From contig NMRA01000415.1 in assembly GCA_002633005.1 (NCBI GenBank), forward strand, positions 149,091 through 213,090: a stretch of 64,000 nt of DNA. Reading direction: 5' to 3'. Both the position numbers and the translations under genes were made by a program. Shown piece by piece: positions 35,601 to 49,777 of the stretch. How positions within the stretch are numbered: position 1 is the stretch's first letter; each line of letters starts with the position of its first letter. This DNA comes from Phoronis australis. Lineage: Eukaryota > Animalia > Phoronida. The notes beneath the pieces were generated by a model that saw only the letters and a program-made list of their open reading frames with translations, was not told the origin of the DNA and ran no database searches.

Positions 35601-38600
35601 AACGATGCCAGCAGTCTCGAATCTATCGCGAAACAGGTAGTGAAGATCATCCCTCTTATGCAAGAGGTAATGAAGGCCAGCAAAGATGGCGTCCATCTAG
35701 TCTGTTTTTCACAAGGTAAAGAGATATTTTGTCTCGATTTAGTTTTCATTATTACCGTACCAGCCTTGTAATTTGGGAGCTTCAAAAACGGGCTGGGATT
35801 GTACCGGGGTAGGCTCATATTCGTTGAATGCGTAAACCCGTGATCTGGTATCACGCTTCTTTCATTATTGCATGGGGTGCTAAAATTCAATCACGCAAGG
35901 CCTACAGGTTTCTAAAACATGCATGGATTAACGCATGAATTTGAGTATAAACTGCAAAACAGCTGAAATGGTTAGTTACAGTCTCCATGCAGTGTTGTGC
36001 AAATTGCTTTGTGTACACCTTATTATTTACCAAATAAAAATAGGGGTGGACTTACACTGAATAGGTGCTCGAAAATAAAAACTCAAAAGAGGATGGTCTT
36101 ATTTCCAAGTGGTGCAGTGAATTTTGTATTGACAAATGCACCAAACTCTAAACTTGTCATTGTTCTTAAAAGTGAAATTTCTTAGAATTCAGAGATTAAA
36201 GTTTGGTCCAAATAGCATTAGTTGGTCACTGGTTTGGTCTGTACCCACACTTATTTTGAGGCCTGTGCTCACCAGCCAAAAAAACCCATGCTCACTTCAG
36301 TTTCAGTCAAGGTCCCTTGCAATTAATTTGTTTGGAGATGTTTCTCTCCTCTTCTACAGGTGGCGTTATCTGCAGGGCTGTACTACAGATGATGCCAGAC
36401 CATAACGTTCACAACTTCATCGCTCTAAGTTCGCCGCTGGCTGGGCAGTTTGGGTGTAGGTATTAAAAAAATATGACAATAGTCACTTATAAGGGTTCCG
36501 GATTTTGAGAACCAGTTCTGTGCCTGCTATTCAGTGGGAAAAACTGGTTTTCAAAATCCAGAACCAGTGCAAAATTAACTTACAGTATGACCATTGTTTG
36601 ATGAGGAGTAATATTTGAGTGGTCTTTCCAGGATGTCACTATTATTGTCTGAGACAGTAAATTAAACCTTCTGTTGCTACTGATCCAGGAAGCTTGGAAA
36701 AAACATAAAATCCCACTTTCGTGGTGAGTTAGTGAAACAATTCTAATTCCCAAGGACACAAATCTTAAAGACCCATCCCTGTTTTGTCCAATCACGTTAA
36801 CTAACACAGTAGGGAAAATCTTCTTCACTATAATCGCGCATAGACTAATTAAGTTCCTTTGTTCCAACGGTTTCATAAATACATCAATACAAAAAGGATT
36901 TATGGAAAAAGAAGCAGGGTGTCTAGAACATACAGAGACTCTTTCCAGTGTACTAAATGATGCAAAGAAAAGAAATAAACCACTTTTTGTTGCTTGGATT
37001 GACCTGGCTAACACTTATGGTTCAGTATACCACAACCTCACACAGTTCACACTTGACAGGTATCATCTACCAGAGGCGATCTAACAAATAATCTACACGT
37101 ACTACGATGAATTATTTGTGCGAATACGAACTAAAGAGCGGACAACCAACTGGATACGTTACAGTATTGGCTTATTTCAGGGATGCTCTTTGTCTGTTGT
37201 ACTATTCCTCGCAGCCTTCAACATGGGCCTAGAGATGATCGACAAAGAGAAACAAAATGGTTACAAACTTAAATTTACCAAGCAAACATTCCACCAATTA
37301 GTGTATGCTGACAACCTCACTATTATTCCTCAAATGTCAATCCAGAATACAAAAATGCCCTACGTCCAATAAGAACCAATGAAATTCCTTGGGAAAACGG
37401 TATTCAAAAATCTACAAGACATGGAAATCAGGAATAAACTTGAGACAAAATTAAAAATTTTGCTGGAAATTTTAGACAAAGACAGCACTAACGGTCCAAC
37501 TAAAGCATGGATCTACAACAATGGTGTGGTTCCAAGGATTACTTGGAATTCACAGTGTATGACTTCCCAGTGAGTTTCGCTAAAAAACTTGAACATATAT
37601 GCACAAAATATCTGAAACAATGGCTTGGAATCAGTAAAATGTCAACTAACACAGTTCTCTGCAGATCCAAAGAGCTGATCTTGGTTTAGGCATGACACCG
37701 TAGCCTAAGAACCCATCTAAAGAAGATTCAAGTGGTCAAGTTTCACATCAGCAAATATGCAAACGACCCTGAATCGAGGAAACTTTATATGGGTAAAGTT
37801 AAACAATTTTTCACGTCAAAACGGTGGAATGGCATAATGGAACTTGAAAATAGAGAAATGGATATAGTTCTGAATGAAATTTGTAATTTGAGAAGTCGTA
37901 ATGACAGGAAAGGTTTGGGCTATTACACCAATAATAGGAAATTCATCAAGAACATGACAACTAAAGAACATAGAGCATCTATAACGGAACGTATAAAGGA
38001 AGTCGACGAAAATAAAGTACTCTGACTTATATCTGTATAGCTGTGCCAAATAAGGGTTATGGCTCAGATGGAATGTAGTTATGTCACTTGATGTATCTTG
38101 GAGCAAGAGTCTTATGCATGGAATCCATCTCTCTTGGCATTTAGGTTAAATGGCATACACGATGTACTTCCAACACCAGCAAATTTACATTTATGGAAAC
38201 AATCGCCTTCTGAACGTTGCAACCTCTGCAGAACAGCTAAAGGCACACTTCACCACATCCTCAACAATTGCACAGTAGCATTAAATAATGGTCGCTACAC
38301 TTGGCGACAAGACCAAGTCCTAGCAATAATATTTGATGCTATCAATGAAGTAGTTCAAAACCCTCCGAAGCCTGTAACTGAAACAGCAGATTTAAGTCAA
38401 AGAACGGTTTGTACTTCGGCAATAACAGAACAGAGCCGAAATTCAGAGAACAGGCCCACTTCCTGGCCAAGACCAACAATTGGAAACTAATTAAAGATTG
38501 TACAGAAATGCCTCTTATATTCCCATCTGAAATAACAGATTTGGCATTAAGACCTGACACTGTGCTGTGGTCGATTCAGGCAAAAAGAGCAATTTAAAGA

Positions 38601-41600
38601 ACTTACAATACCAGCAGAAGACAATATAGAATCAGCACACCTGAGAAGAATGAAATACACAAATCTCGTCGAAGAATATGAAAATGCATGATGGGAAACA
38701 GTCCTGTTCCCAGTTGAAGTTGGCAGTGGAGGCTTCATTTACAAATCATTAAAAGAAGCTAATGAATTTCCTCGAGGTCCCCAAAGAAATCAAAAAAACA
38801 AACATACCAAACGGACTCTCAGACAGCTCTCAGATGTAGCTATACGATATATTTATCAAGAAACAACATCCAATTTACGGAATGGCAACTCTCCAACCTT
38901 TCTAAGCCAGTGATTGAAACGCAAAGAAGAGGTGAAACTATTCACAATCGTGACTCAACAGAGAACCCTATACAATCAGCTACTTCGTCATGCGTGATAT
39001 TAAAAAAATATGGCGCACTTTCAACACATCTGAGGCAAACAAGTCAAGACATTTTTGAAATTCATCCTGGTATGGGAATTAGGGATAGTTGGGCCTGTAA
39101 AAGGTCTTAAAACCAGCCGCAGAGCGTCTAAAGCGGCGCACCGTACCAGTGACTGCTGTCAACTCATCGGACACACAACTTTAACATCCTTTGCCGCAGA
39201 GATAATAACTCTTGGGCTGTCTCCGGTTAGTCCATTAATTTTTTAATGATATTTAGGTAAGTAAATAAATGTCCTTCATGCAAAATGTATTTGGAGGATC
39301 TTCAGTGATAAAGAAGTGAACAGGTCTAAATAAAACCGGGGTATCTAAACAACATCGGCTTTATTTCTTATTTGCTGGGGAATGAGCACTTCATTTTCCA
39401 GAGACGTACGAGTGTGCCTGCATCAAAATACTATCTCAAAGGGTGCGTTTTGTGAATTTCTTGAACAGGACTGTGCAAAAAGTATGAACGTAATATACAC
39501 AAAATTAGTCTCTAAATGGGTCAGTTTTTGTCCGAGCTCACTCTTTAAATGGGTAGGTATCCAAACTTTTCGGACAACACCCCTCATTCAAAAATGCCCC
39601 ACCCCCCCGTCTGTGTCAGATACCTCTAGTTCTTGATTGTAGTCACTTTCTTTGTAATTTGATGTTGGTTTCATAAAATGTGACAATGGTGCATTTCTGG
39701 CATGCGCATTTCATGTAAAATGAAGTACTATGTAAAATGTAACAACTTGTTACAATTTTGGGAGAGACCTTTTAAAATAAAATGTAACAATGATGTAATT
39801 TATTTTGTTTCTCTCAGTATCAGAGTGTTCTTAATGCTAGTTACCGCAAGGCACCCACAATTAGAAATCTTTGCTAACAGAAGTAGCGTGTTTATACAGA
39901 GTTTCTCCCATAATTCCATTGTGGCCGGTGAATCACTTCTGTCATTGATGGTCATTTTGTTACTGGCGAAACACGAGCCTTTCAGTATGAAGCAGGACTA
40001 GACAGTCATGACTTAATGTGATATTGATAACATGTGAATGGACCCCATCAGTATCACTTAAGGGCTTATGGCTCTTGACGATGTTTTAATTAAGGGTTTG
40101 TATTGTAATTTGAATATGCATAACGTAGAATTGTCGTGAGGACTTGACAGGGACCTCAGGGGTCTCACACTCCACTGATTCATCCACATTATTTTGAAAA
40201 CGCTTTGCCTAGTCAAACATTGTGTGTCATAAAACAGATAATGATACCTGCAGCTGATGTGGCAAGTAGAACTACTCTCGTTTGTCACATTGGTGTAGAC
40301 TCACAGTTGAACTGTGGTTTTCTGTTGACCCCAGACCGTCCGGAGTTGCACCATATACCAACTCAGGACGGTCTCTCACGACGATTTAGCGTTATGAATT
40401 AAGCCTTTCTTTGGTAATGATTTGTTACTTAGGTGGACTTAGGGTACCGGGTAATGGTGAACAAGACAACAAACAATGACATGCGTTTTGTAGGGGCAAA
40501 CAGTTTAAACTTCATTTGCATTTGTATTTGGTAATGGTCTGATATAGCGTGACCAAATTTTGAGAACCAGTTTTCTCCACTAAATAAGAACGAACATTAA
40601 ACTGGTTCTTAAAATACGGGCACGTTATATCAGACTATTGCCTTTGTATTTTGTTCCTCTGTAAGACATACCATGTCTGCCTATGTTGGAGAATGTTCAC
40701 TGAAACTTTAAAGTTCTGCGAGTATTTAATTATAACTTTACATTGTAATTGTAGTGACCAAATATATAAAACCATACCTGCCCCGCCTTGCTAAGGAAGA
40801 CATCTACAAGTAAGTGTACATCAATTTTTTATTTTTGTGTTTTTTTGTTTTTGTTTTTAATCGCAAACTTCAAATTCTGTGTAGAAAATCACACCTCCAG
40901 GAACACCCACAGGACTAGGTGGGCAATAGTTCGATATAATTTGTCCGTGCTTTGAGAACCATTTTGATGACTGGTATTCTGTGGAGAAAACTGGTTCTCA
41001 AAATCTGTGCACATCATATCCAACTATTACCAGAAAATTTGTGACCACGTAAAATGGTGTGGGGATTGGCATAAGCAGAGAACAGATATTCATGGTTTCA
41101 AAACATAACTGTGTTTGTATTTATAACAATTTAAATAATACAGACAAATTTTCTATTGTGATGTTCTACCATTAAAGCAATGTTTCTCAGTTTGATAACT
41201 CAAGAGCTCATTGTGTGCCCCATGGGAATAAAATTTACTACAATTCAGTCGGCATGCTATTGTGGCAAAAATGCACTCAGATTCGAACTTTCATCTTTAG
41301 TGCTATGTATTTGACCATTGGTGATTGAACTTACATCTGCATTGCACATAGATCATCTATCTTGGTGTACCGAGATTCCAGTTTCACTAGCAAACACACC
41401 TTTTTGTATTAGCAATTAATGAAGGTTTGCCAGCTGCAGTAGCTTTCAATAAAAGCTTGACAGACTTCAATAGAATTTTGTCACACTCTGTCAAACTTGA
41501 GGGAACTTTCTTGCCAGAATTATTCGTTGCAAAAAATGTCAATTTTCTATACTTTAAAGTGATGTTTTTCTGGTTGGTTGGTGGTACTTGTTTATTTGTG

Positions 41601-44600
41601 AAAGGACTTGCGAAGGAAGCCATGGCAATTTTGATAAAATGTGTGGATCTGCACCTCTTGAGATTTTGGCAAAAATTTGACGGAATTGAAATGTATTGTC
41701 GTCTAGAACTGAATATTAATTTGGGGTCTTGTGTATTGAAACTATCGAAACTTTCTTTTACACTGTGCAGTTCAACTCCAGACTGTATTTGTAATTTATT
41801 TGACATCTTTTTGTAAATATTTTTGCTTTTCACAAAGATTTAGTTAATTTTTTGTTATTTATTTGATGTCTGTTGCAGTGGCAAGTTATATTAAACCCCA
41901 TGGTACAGTTAGCATAGAAACACATCAATGGCAATGGTGATTGATTTTGCTGAATTTTAAAATAAATTTTTTATACGTAGGCTCACATCTGATATTTGGA
42001 CAACCATTCAAACTTGGACTTAATGACTCTGATTTTCACATGTGGTATTTTCAGGTTTTTTTACTCAGAATTTGGGCAGGAGATATCTGTTGCCAACTAC
42101 TGGAATGGTAAGACTTTGACCTTTATGAACACATAGCAATAGCATATTTACAGCACTATTGGCAGAATTTTGAAGTTTTAATATTTAATATTCATTGAAG
42201 AATTATTCTAGTTACATCTATTACCAGTTCAACAACAATACAGCAGTACAGAATAAATAAGCTGAGATCAGCATTTATTTCAAAAAGTAAATGAGCTGAA
42301 TGTCCTTTGAATAACATTTTACCTGCAATACTGTTTCAGATCCTCACCATCAGGATCAGTTTCGCAACCCCCGCATCGGTGTGTTCCTTGCAGTCCTCAA
42401 CAACCAGACTACAAACCCAAACAGCCACAGTAAGTCAGTGAGTCTTCTAAAACAATCCTCATGGAGGACTTAAGTTGAGCACTGAGCAACCACTTGTAGT
42501 CAGGGATACAATGTGGAACTCTAAGCTCACCAGGTGGCACTAGTGAAACAGTGATCCTACCTGCATGGGTTGTAGTCACTCAGGTCTTTGTTCATGGATA
42601 TTAAAAAAACGACAGTCCTTTCTTCGTTAACGCCACCTGGTGAATATCAAATCACCGTCTGGATGGTGTTGTTCGTGTATTTATTGTGTCTTGAATTCTT
42701 TGTGTGGATATTATATGGTTTTAAAATTTCACGTGCTTTCTTTTGTTGAGTACAGCTGTTAAGTGAGACAAAGTTACCCTGAGAATACAGGAAGCACTTT
42801 TAATTCAGAGACTCGAAACTCTAAAGATAAGATTCTTTGACGGATCCTCTGACCTCTCCCTAGTTTTTAATAGCATACACAAGCCATGCAGACCACTAAT
42901 TCTTGTCTCCAACTGTGTATTCCTATAATCACTGAACATCGTACACTTGTAGTGAATTGTGATGAACTTTTGACCTTATTAAATGGATTTTTGTACTAAT
43001 GAAATTGTTACTAATTAAATGTACCTTCGGTCAGCGACACTTTGTCAGTGTCTCACAATCTCCGTATCGTATTCACTACTAACTTTTAATTCCGCAAGTC
43101 CACAGACTCTTCCATCACTTTTAAGTCACAGGCTTGTGGGCAGCTACGTTTCAGTTAACATCATACAATAACTCTCCTGGCACTTATCAAGCGCAAAAAT
43201 GATTTCCACAAAAGCCATTTTACCATTTTTAGTAGCTGGTTACCTTTTTGTAAACAATGAGAAAATTAAAAATTTTTGTTTTTTACAAGACTTTACTCAC
43301 TGCAAAGCCCTGCGTGTAGTAGACTGTAAATGTTCTTAACCTTTTGTGAAGAAATTTAAGAAAACAGAATTTCACTTGTCGGTCATAGTGTGTGTTAACT
43401 AAGTGAAGAGTTACTGTAATGTTGACTTACTGATAACGTGGTTTCTGACTTGAAATATTATTTGTTATGACAGAGTACAAAGACAATTTTCTTCGCATCA
43501 AGAATCTGGTTGCAGTCAGTGGGCCAAATGATGGTGTGATCACTCCGTGGCAATCTAGGTAAAGTTTATCGTCTGCTCAAGTGACTTGTTGCAAGAGTCT
43601 TGTTAATTTAATATTAAGTTATCCTGTCAACAGGAGATGATATTGAATGCAGTGTCAGTACTTTTTAGTTTCATACTGTCATGATCTATTAAGTGCCTGT
43701 GAGTATGCTGCCATTTATTATCTTTTGGCAATGAGTAACTCACTGGTCACTAGGTGGTGCTGTTGTATAAGTTAAGGTCTCTCTTTTTGACCTCTGAATA
43801 GAATGAGATTAGAAAGCAGTTCATTTGCATTGTGATTCCATGTCATAAGCGGCCCATCTGATTACCTGAATGCAGGTATTTCCATGGGAAAAACCCTTGT
43901 TTCACTTGTACCACCGAGTGAATTTCGAGTTTCTCATAAAGCAGTTTCCGTCATCCCTAAGTTTAACCTATTGGTACTGCTTATTACATTGATTGAATGA
44001 GTTCATAAGATTAATATGAAAGTCCAAAAATTGTTTTCCTGTCTGTGATGATTGTTGTGTTGAGAAGTGCTCACACTTTGTTCACCAGTGATTGTAGCTT
44101 AGTTTAGAAACCACTACTGTAAAAACTAGCGTGAATATGCAAGAACGAGTCATAGTTTATTTAAGTTACGTTATTTTCTTGTTGTAGTCACTTTGGTATG
44201 TTTGACTCATCTGAAAAAGTCTTGGATGTCAGACAGCAGGAGGTAAGGTCATCATACACTTTGAAATAAGAGATTTGTTGTCTGCTTGCAACTCGTAGCA
44301 CGTGTTTCAAGTTTTTAATTTGTTTGTAAGAAACTGAGACAACTACGGAACACATGCCAGGTCTCTTGAAGCTCAAATGCAGCGTAGATGGCGGTCAGAG
44401 ACTACTGCTGATATAGCTACTGTCATTCACACTAGGTTTAGTGCTCTGTTACACTGAGACTGGTATGTAAAACTGAAAGAAAATCGTCTGATTGTAAGAG
44501 ACTAACATGGCACAGTCTGATTAGGAAACCTATCTAAAGCATTTTATTGGCCAAAATTACCTGTCTCTGCCAGTCCAATCAAGATTCCGAAAATAGGCAT

Positions 44601-44864
44601 GTATGTTTTGAGAACAGATTTCATGTGACAGAGCTCTTATGGTTTAAGTATTTATGAGTGTATTCCTTTTATTGTTCCTTACTCCTAATGTATGATACAT
44701 TATGTGTTTTTCTTCTGCAGTGGTATGTGAAGGACTCGTTCGGATTGAAGACGTTGGACAAGAGGGGTGGGTTTCACATCTACCAGGTGCCCGGCGTGGA
44801 CCACCACCACTGGTACAAGAACCAAACAGTCTTCGACAAATGTATCAGTCAGTGGCTCACATGA
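29606..44864 (+). CDS. PPT2: Lysosomal thioesterase PPT2-like (298 aa using exon 1a), 9 coding exons
   Basis: Exons 29606-29770, 35562-35715, 36360-36455, 40755-40809, 42055-42107, 42340-42429, 43474-43558, 44188-44242, 44721-44864; all GT-AG and phase-compatible. Motifs: signal peptide, [22 protein letters not shown] (Ser nucleophile), [33 protein letters not shown] (Asp), [21 protein letters not shown] (His). Confidence 0.93.
33494..33643 (+). CDS. PPT2: Second, homologous candidate first exon (1b) of the PPT2-like gene
   Basis: [50 protein letters not shown] followed by donor GTTAGT. Phase 0, in frame with exon 2 (35562). Has its own ATG and signal peptide. Confidence 0.8.
34902..35221. 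repeat. 21-bp inverted repeat pair, probably part of a non-autonomous DNA transposon
   Basis: ACTGACACGGAGCAAATTGAC (34902) / GTCAATTTGCTCCGTGTCAGT (35201-35221). Confidence 0.6.
36660..38910 (+). mobile_element. 5'-truncated, degenerate non-LTR retrotransposon with restriction-like endonuclease (HERO/NeSL/R2-group-like) in PPT2 intron 3
   Basis: RT motifs [51 protein letters not shown]; CCHC motif [24 protein letters not shown]; RLE motif LRPD..ELTIPAE..PVEVG. Many stops and frameshifts. Confidence 0.85.
40531..41031. repeat. Two about 110-bp hairpin elements of one family (third copy at about 36478-36570)
   Basis: Copies at 40531-40642 and 40922-41031, each with inverted TTTGAGAACCA / TGGTTCT(C/T)AAAAT and outer GGYAATRGT..GATAT / ATATC..ACTATTRCC. 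Confidence 0.7.
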
Positions 44865-44902
44865 TTCATCTATCATCTGCTCTCCATGAATCATCTCTCT
44901 CT

Positions 44903-44952
44903 CCATGGGTCGTCTGCCTTCCATGGGTCGTCTGCCTTTCATGGGTCGTCTG
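44903..44952 (+). repeat. 18-bp tandem repeat (about 3 copies) in the PPT2 3' UTR
   Basis: CATGGGTCGTCTGCCTT(C/T) repeated. Confidence 0.85.
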
Positions 44953-47921
44953 CGCAAGTTTTATCCAGTGTTTCCTTCTGTTGCTGACGGCCATTTTTGT
45001 TTTAAGTATTCATCTTGAACCTGCAGTCTGCACTGTGCTGTAACAATTAATTTTGAAAGCAAATCGTGCTGTTTATAGCTGAAGTTACGAGCATTCTGGT
45101 GTTACTGTTAAGTCACATCAAATGCATGTATCGTGTGTGCTAACTTCGTTTAGCAGAACCATTGGGGTTATTTCAATTGTAGTTTAAAGGTTTGAGAGCT
45201 ATTTAGATAATGAAACTATCACCCTGGGACATTCCGTTTCACACAAATAGGTGGGTGTCTATTTTGTTCATAGTCACAAAAAGCAAGTCATAAACCATAA
45301 TCTCTCTGCCATTTAACTGGTATTGCTGCTTATAACATGTGATTTAGCATGTTGAAATTGGTGTTAGTAACCACAAAAACATGTCAAGTTGTTCCTTTAA
45401 TTCAAGTTCATTTGAACACTAAATCTCTATGAGACTGTGGTTAAATTTTTATTCTACTAATGAATGTCTCATACTACGCTCTAGAGTTTATCATTGATAT
45501 TTAACTACTCTTATTCATTTATTTTGAGTATTTGAACTTTAGTTTTAATCATGTCAAGTCTTATGGTTCTTATGCCAACCATTCCAGGCTCGGGTAAAGA
45601 ATGGGAGTCTCATACCTTCATCCGCGTCCACATGCTTTCAATGATTGTTATCCAGAGCAGAAATAAGTCTGCAAACATCAAGTGGATTTCACTTGCCTGA
45701 AAACTGAAATTACCGAATCAGAGACGCATACGTTGCATACACATAGCAAAAGTTACAAGACTGTGAAGGGTAGTCACTGACAGTTCCCTTGTTTTTCCAC
45801 ATGGTGTGTGGGGGGGGGACTTGTTCTTAAGTCAGTGACTCCTGTTCAAGATTTTTGACTCCCCATTACTTTGTCATTTACCATTCACGTTGTTTTTTGT
45901 GCACATGTATCAGTTTTACATGTTATTTTAAACAATTTGTTTCCTTATTTTATTTAATAGCATGTGTTAATGGAGTGCAGATTGATTGAAAAGAGTTCAG
46001 CGTACTACCAACAGGTCAAATTTGATTGGTCAATTTTTGTAGTCTGTGAGTCAGTGTTAAAATATGTTGGGAACATTTCCTGTCTACATTCCACATGTTG
46101 TTGCTTACCCATTGACTTTAGTCACTAGTTAGCTTTTACAGTTTATACAAATTTAAAACAACACTTAAAAATGTTCTGGTGATTTTATTCAACATTTCTC
46201 TGATCACTTGCTATTATGTAATTAGTACTGGAAAGGTGATAGCATTGTTCGTAAAACTGTCATTCTCACCGTGTCCCAGAATGGTTCGGTGGTTCAAGAT
46301 GTAAAGCATCTCCGGACAGTGTTACTCAGGGTTGCTGATTTAGCATAATTTGTAAGGAATTGTCAAATTTAACTGCCAAAGTGTAAGGACCAGCGCAGGT
46401 CTACTGATCCAGTATTGCTTTTTTTTAAAAAAGATATGATTGTTAAGTTATGGGGCCTATTCCAATAAAACTGAATTGGCTTAGACAAATCCTAAATGTC
46501 AATTTCAAGATAAAATGTAAATTGTCTTAAGTCTTTTCAAGAAAGATTTCTTAAGTTTGACTTAAGTGTTTTGGGTAAATTTTGTTTTTAGTTTTGACTA
46601 TGTTTTGGGATGTGGAAGACTCAAAGTTTGGAGTTGAGACAAATCTTAGACTTGAATCAGAAATGAACTTAAATCAGTTTCTGGGAACCAGCACCTTGCC
46701 AATATTCATTAAAATAGTCAAAATCCTGGTTTAATATCCTTTTAAGGCAGTTGCATGAGTGGCTCCATGATTTTTCATGCACCAACGCTGGTACTCTAAA
46801 ATTTACAATCTCCCCTGGATATACACCTGTAGCAATGTTTTGGTGACTGATGGAAATACTTTATCATCTGCAGTCCAAACTTGAGTGTAATTTTCAATCT
46901 TTTTTCAGACAAGATTGTGAGATCAAACTGAGGAAGTTGTCCTAAATGCATGATATTTTAGTGAGGTTTTTACAAACCTGTTTCCAAGCCATGTTTGGAA
47001 TTTTTAGATTTGCTGTAGCTAAATGTAATATAGTTCTTTTAAACCGGGCGTGCGTTCAGTAGACGCTAGGACCTACGCTAGTCTTGCTTTTAAACTAGGT
47101 CCTAGCGTTACTGAACGGGAGGCTGTTTTGTCCATAGTATCAGAGGATGAGATTGTGTGTCAGTAACTGTACTGTTAGTATTTCGTTGAAAATTAAAGAC
47201 TCTGATAATCGTCCTGACTTGTTTGTGTTTCTCTGCAATAACATCCTCGCAAAGCAGTACGTACATTATTAAAGTAATCGACAAATACCGTTTTTAATTG
47301 TCATGACAGCCAGTTCTCTTTACAGCAAAAATGACTGGTAATAACTAAAAGGAGGCAACATTCTAGTTAAAGCGTGGCTAAGCCACGTCACAATTTTTTC
47401 CTGTCAATTCTCCTTCATTTTCTGTCATGAGGGGAGACAATAGTGAAGTCGGCTTCCACCCAGCCGTCATGGCGGGGAATTNNNNNNNNNNNNNNNNNNN
47501 NNNNNNNNNNNNNNNNNNNNNNNNNNNNTTCGCCACTGGTCACTGAGTTGTGAAAATGTGCCCCACTACTGGACCTCATGATGTCAATGTTTTGACAAGA
47601 ACAGGGAAGTACGTTGATAGCGTTATTTCAGGTGCTGCAAGAGCCCCAACTACACCCCGCCCCCGAGCTCTTTAAATCGCCATTGTTTTGTTGGCCGCGG
47701 CCTGGGTAAAGGGTGACGCTTTCCAAAATGTGTTATGTCCCAGTCTTGCCGTTACAAATAAGGAGACGTGCTTTGTTTCAGTACCTTGTCGGTGGGAGAG
47801 AAATCGTCGAAGTGGCGACCAGTTCACAGGTCGTTTTTTTAAACCTGAAACTAAACGAAAATTCAGGTATTTTAAAATTCAACTCACCGATATTTCACAG
47901 GCCTATTGCATGACGGCAACA

Positions 47922-48264
47922 TCCCGTTGCCCCCCACTTGTTCGATTCTATAGCCCAACAACAAGTTGGGAAGTTTACCCCCGTAGCCAAGTCTTAATTA
48001 CACGACTGATTAATTCCATTCTGGCATTTATGGTTGGAGCTAGGGCCTGCACTCTTTTGTTCGATAATTGCTCTAATCTCCGATCAGATCTTATCTAGCT
48101 AGCCTGACTGGGCTGGACTGATAAAAATGAAAGTTAAGTTGTAATATATTTGAGCTTAAACCAATAGCATTTCTAAATTCCTCGTCAAATGCTGATCATG
48201 TTCCGTTTTTGAATCACCAAAATCTCCCAACTACAACAGAAGTTAAGACAATGACATTCTGTCC
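47922..48264 (+). repeat. About 335-bp dispersed repeat, copy 2
   Basis: Diverged direct copy of 18693-19024. Confidence 0.85.
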
Positions 48265-49777
48265 AAGGGGACGCACTGGGTTTACATGTAAGTGTGTTTA
48301 TACGAGTCTCCGTCTGGAAAAGTTACTAGTGAACAGGGAACGTGCGAGAATCGTTGGACCTCCCTTCGAGTGATATTTATAAAAACAGGAAAGGGTGGCT
48401 ATGACACATCACTAAAGGGTCTCCTCCTAGGGCTCACCCCTAAATATGAAAAGATAAGAAACAGAAAATGAGCATCAGCATCACGGCCCCTCTCCGCACA
48501 GCCAGGTTCCCAATCAAAGATCATTCGCTGGAAAAACTACTTGAAAGAGAGAAAGAGAGAGAGGCTGAGCGACTTCATTATACCCGCTTTGCCGGAGTGG
48601 GGTCCCTGAATAAATAGATTTTTATATCACTTAAAAATTATATTTTTCAGCGTTTAAAAATCTGAATCAACCTCCTCCAGAAAATCTATGCATAACAAGT
48701 GTTCTTGGATTTTTTGCCGGAATAGAGGTTTCAAGGGGGCCTGAGACGGTCTCATTCAACTAGAAAAAAAAAACGTGGACTCCCTATCAGAAAATGTCTT
48801 GAACGGTAGTTCAAAAATATTTCATTAAATAAAAAATTGTCTACGGTTACACGTTCCGCTGTTTTTCTTTTCTCGGCTGTTTTCGTAGGTGGATTGCTAC
48901 ATGTACACACATGAGCCGCTCCTACCCCGCGTTTCGCAATTGAGGCAAAGACGCTAACAAGCCTCTCTACGGTCTCTGATTGAGGTACACATGACACTCA
49001 ATAGGTGGCGCGGCAATTATATTCCTAGCGGATAATTCTAGAACTAACGCGTTCCTTCTCTTGGTAACGTCGGTTGCGATAAGAGGGGGATATTTTCTGT
49101 CAAATGGTAAGAAGACGTGGGCAATTTTCTTTGACGTAGCGTTGTGGAATTTTATCGCCCGTAAGGATACAAGCGAACTACCAGAAGTTTCAGACCCAGT
49201 TCCCTATCTAACGGAACATATCCTCTGTGTCGGCCCCGTCGGGACCACTCGCCTAGCTATTGTAAATTATAACCTCCTCTTATTTCAGTGCTGTGTGTGT
49301 GACGCTCATGCTGGTCGGATATAAAAGACCTTTGTTTAGACTCATTTAGACTAGGGAACCAGTGAATCTCAGTGGTTCTCTTTGTCCGGAAAAGATTGAG
49401 ATAAACTTCCAGTAGCTTTTTTAACCAAGCCACTAAAGCAAGTACCTTGTGACGTGAATTCATAGACGTAGCGTTGCGTATACATTGCCGTCCGATCCGG
49501 GTTGGGGCATGGTACTGATAGAAAGTTGTATTTGCGCTGGTCAAATATAGTTAGACACTTAAACCGCCTGTAAAGTAGTAGCATGTAGTGGATCCCTGAG
49601 TCTAGGCTATACCCTCACACACTATAATTTTATAAGAATTGTATTGTGCATTTGACAGGTAAATTAGTATGAGGTAGTGAACCGCATTAGTATGGCAGAA
49701 CCTTCAAAGTAAATCCTGATAGACAACTGTCTTATTTGAACACTGAGCCTTTCATTGGTATTTTGGCCCGACTGCTT

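Noticed and set aside
46453-47124. Loose inverted ends at 46453-46695 and an about 80-bp hairpin at 47046-47124
   Set aside because: Probably old MITE remnants, too degenerate to define.
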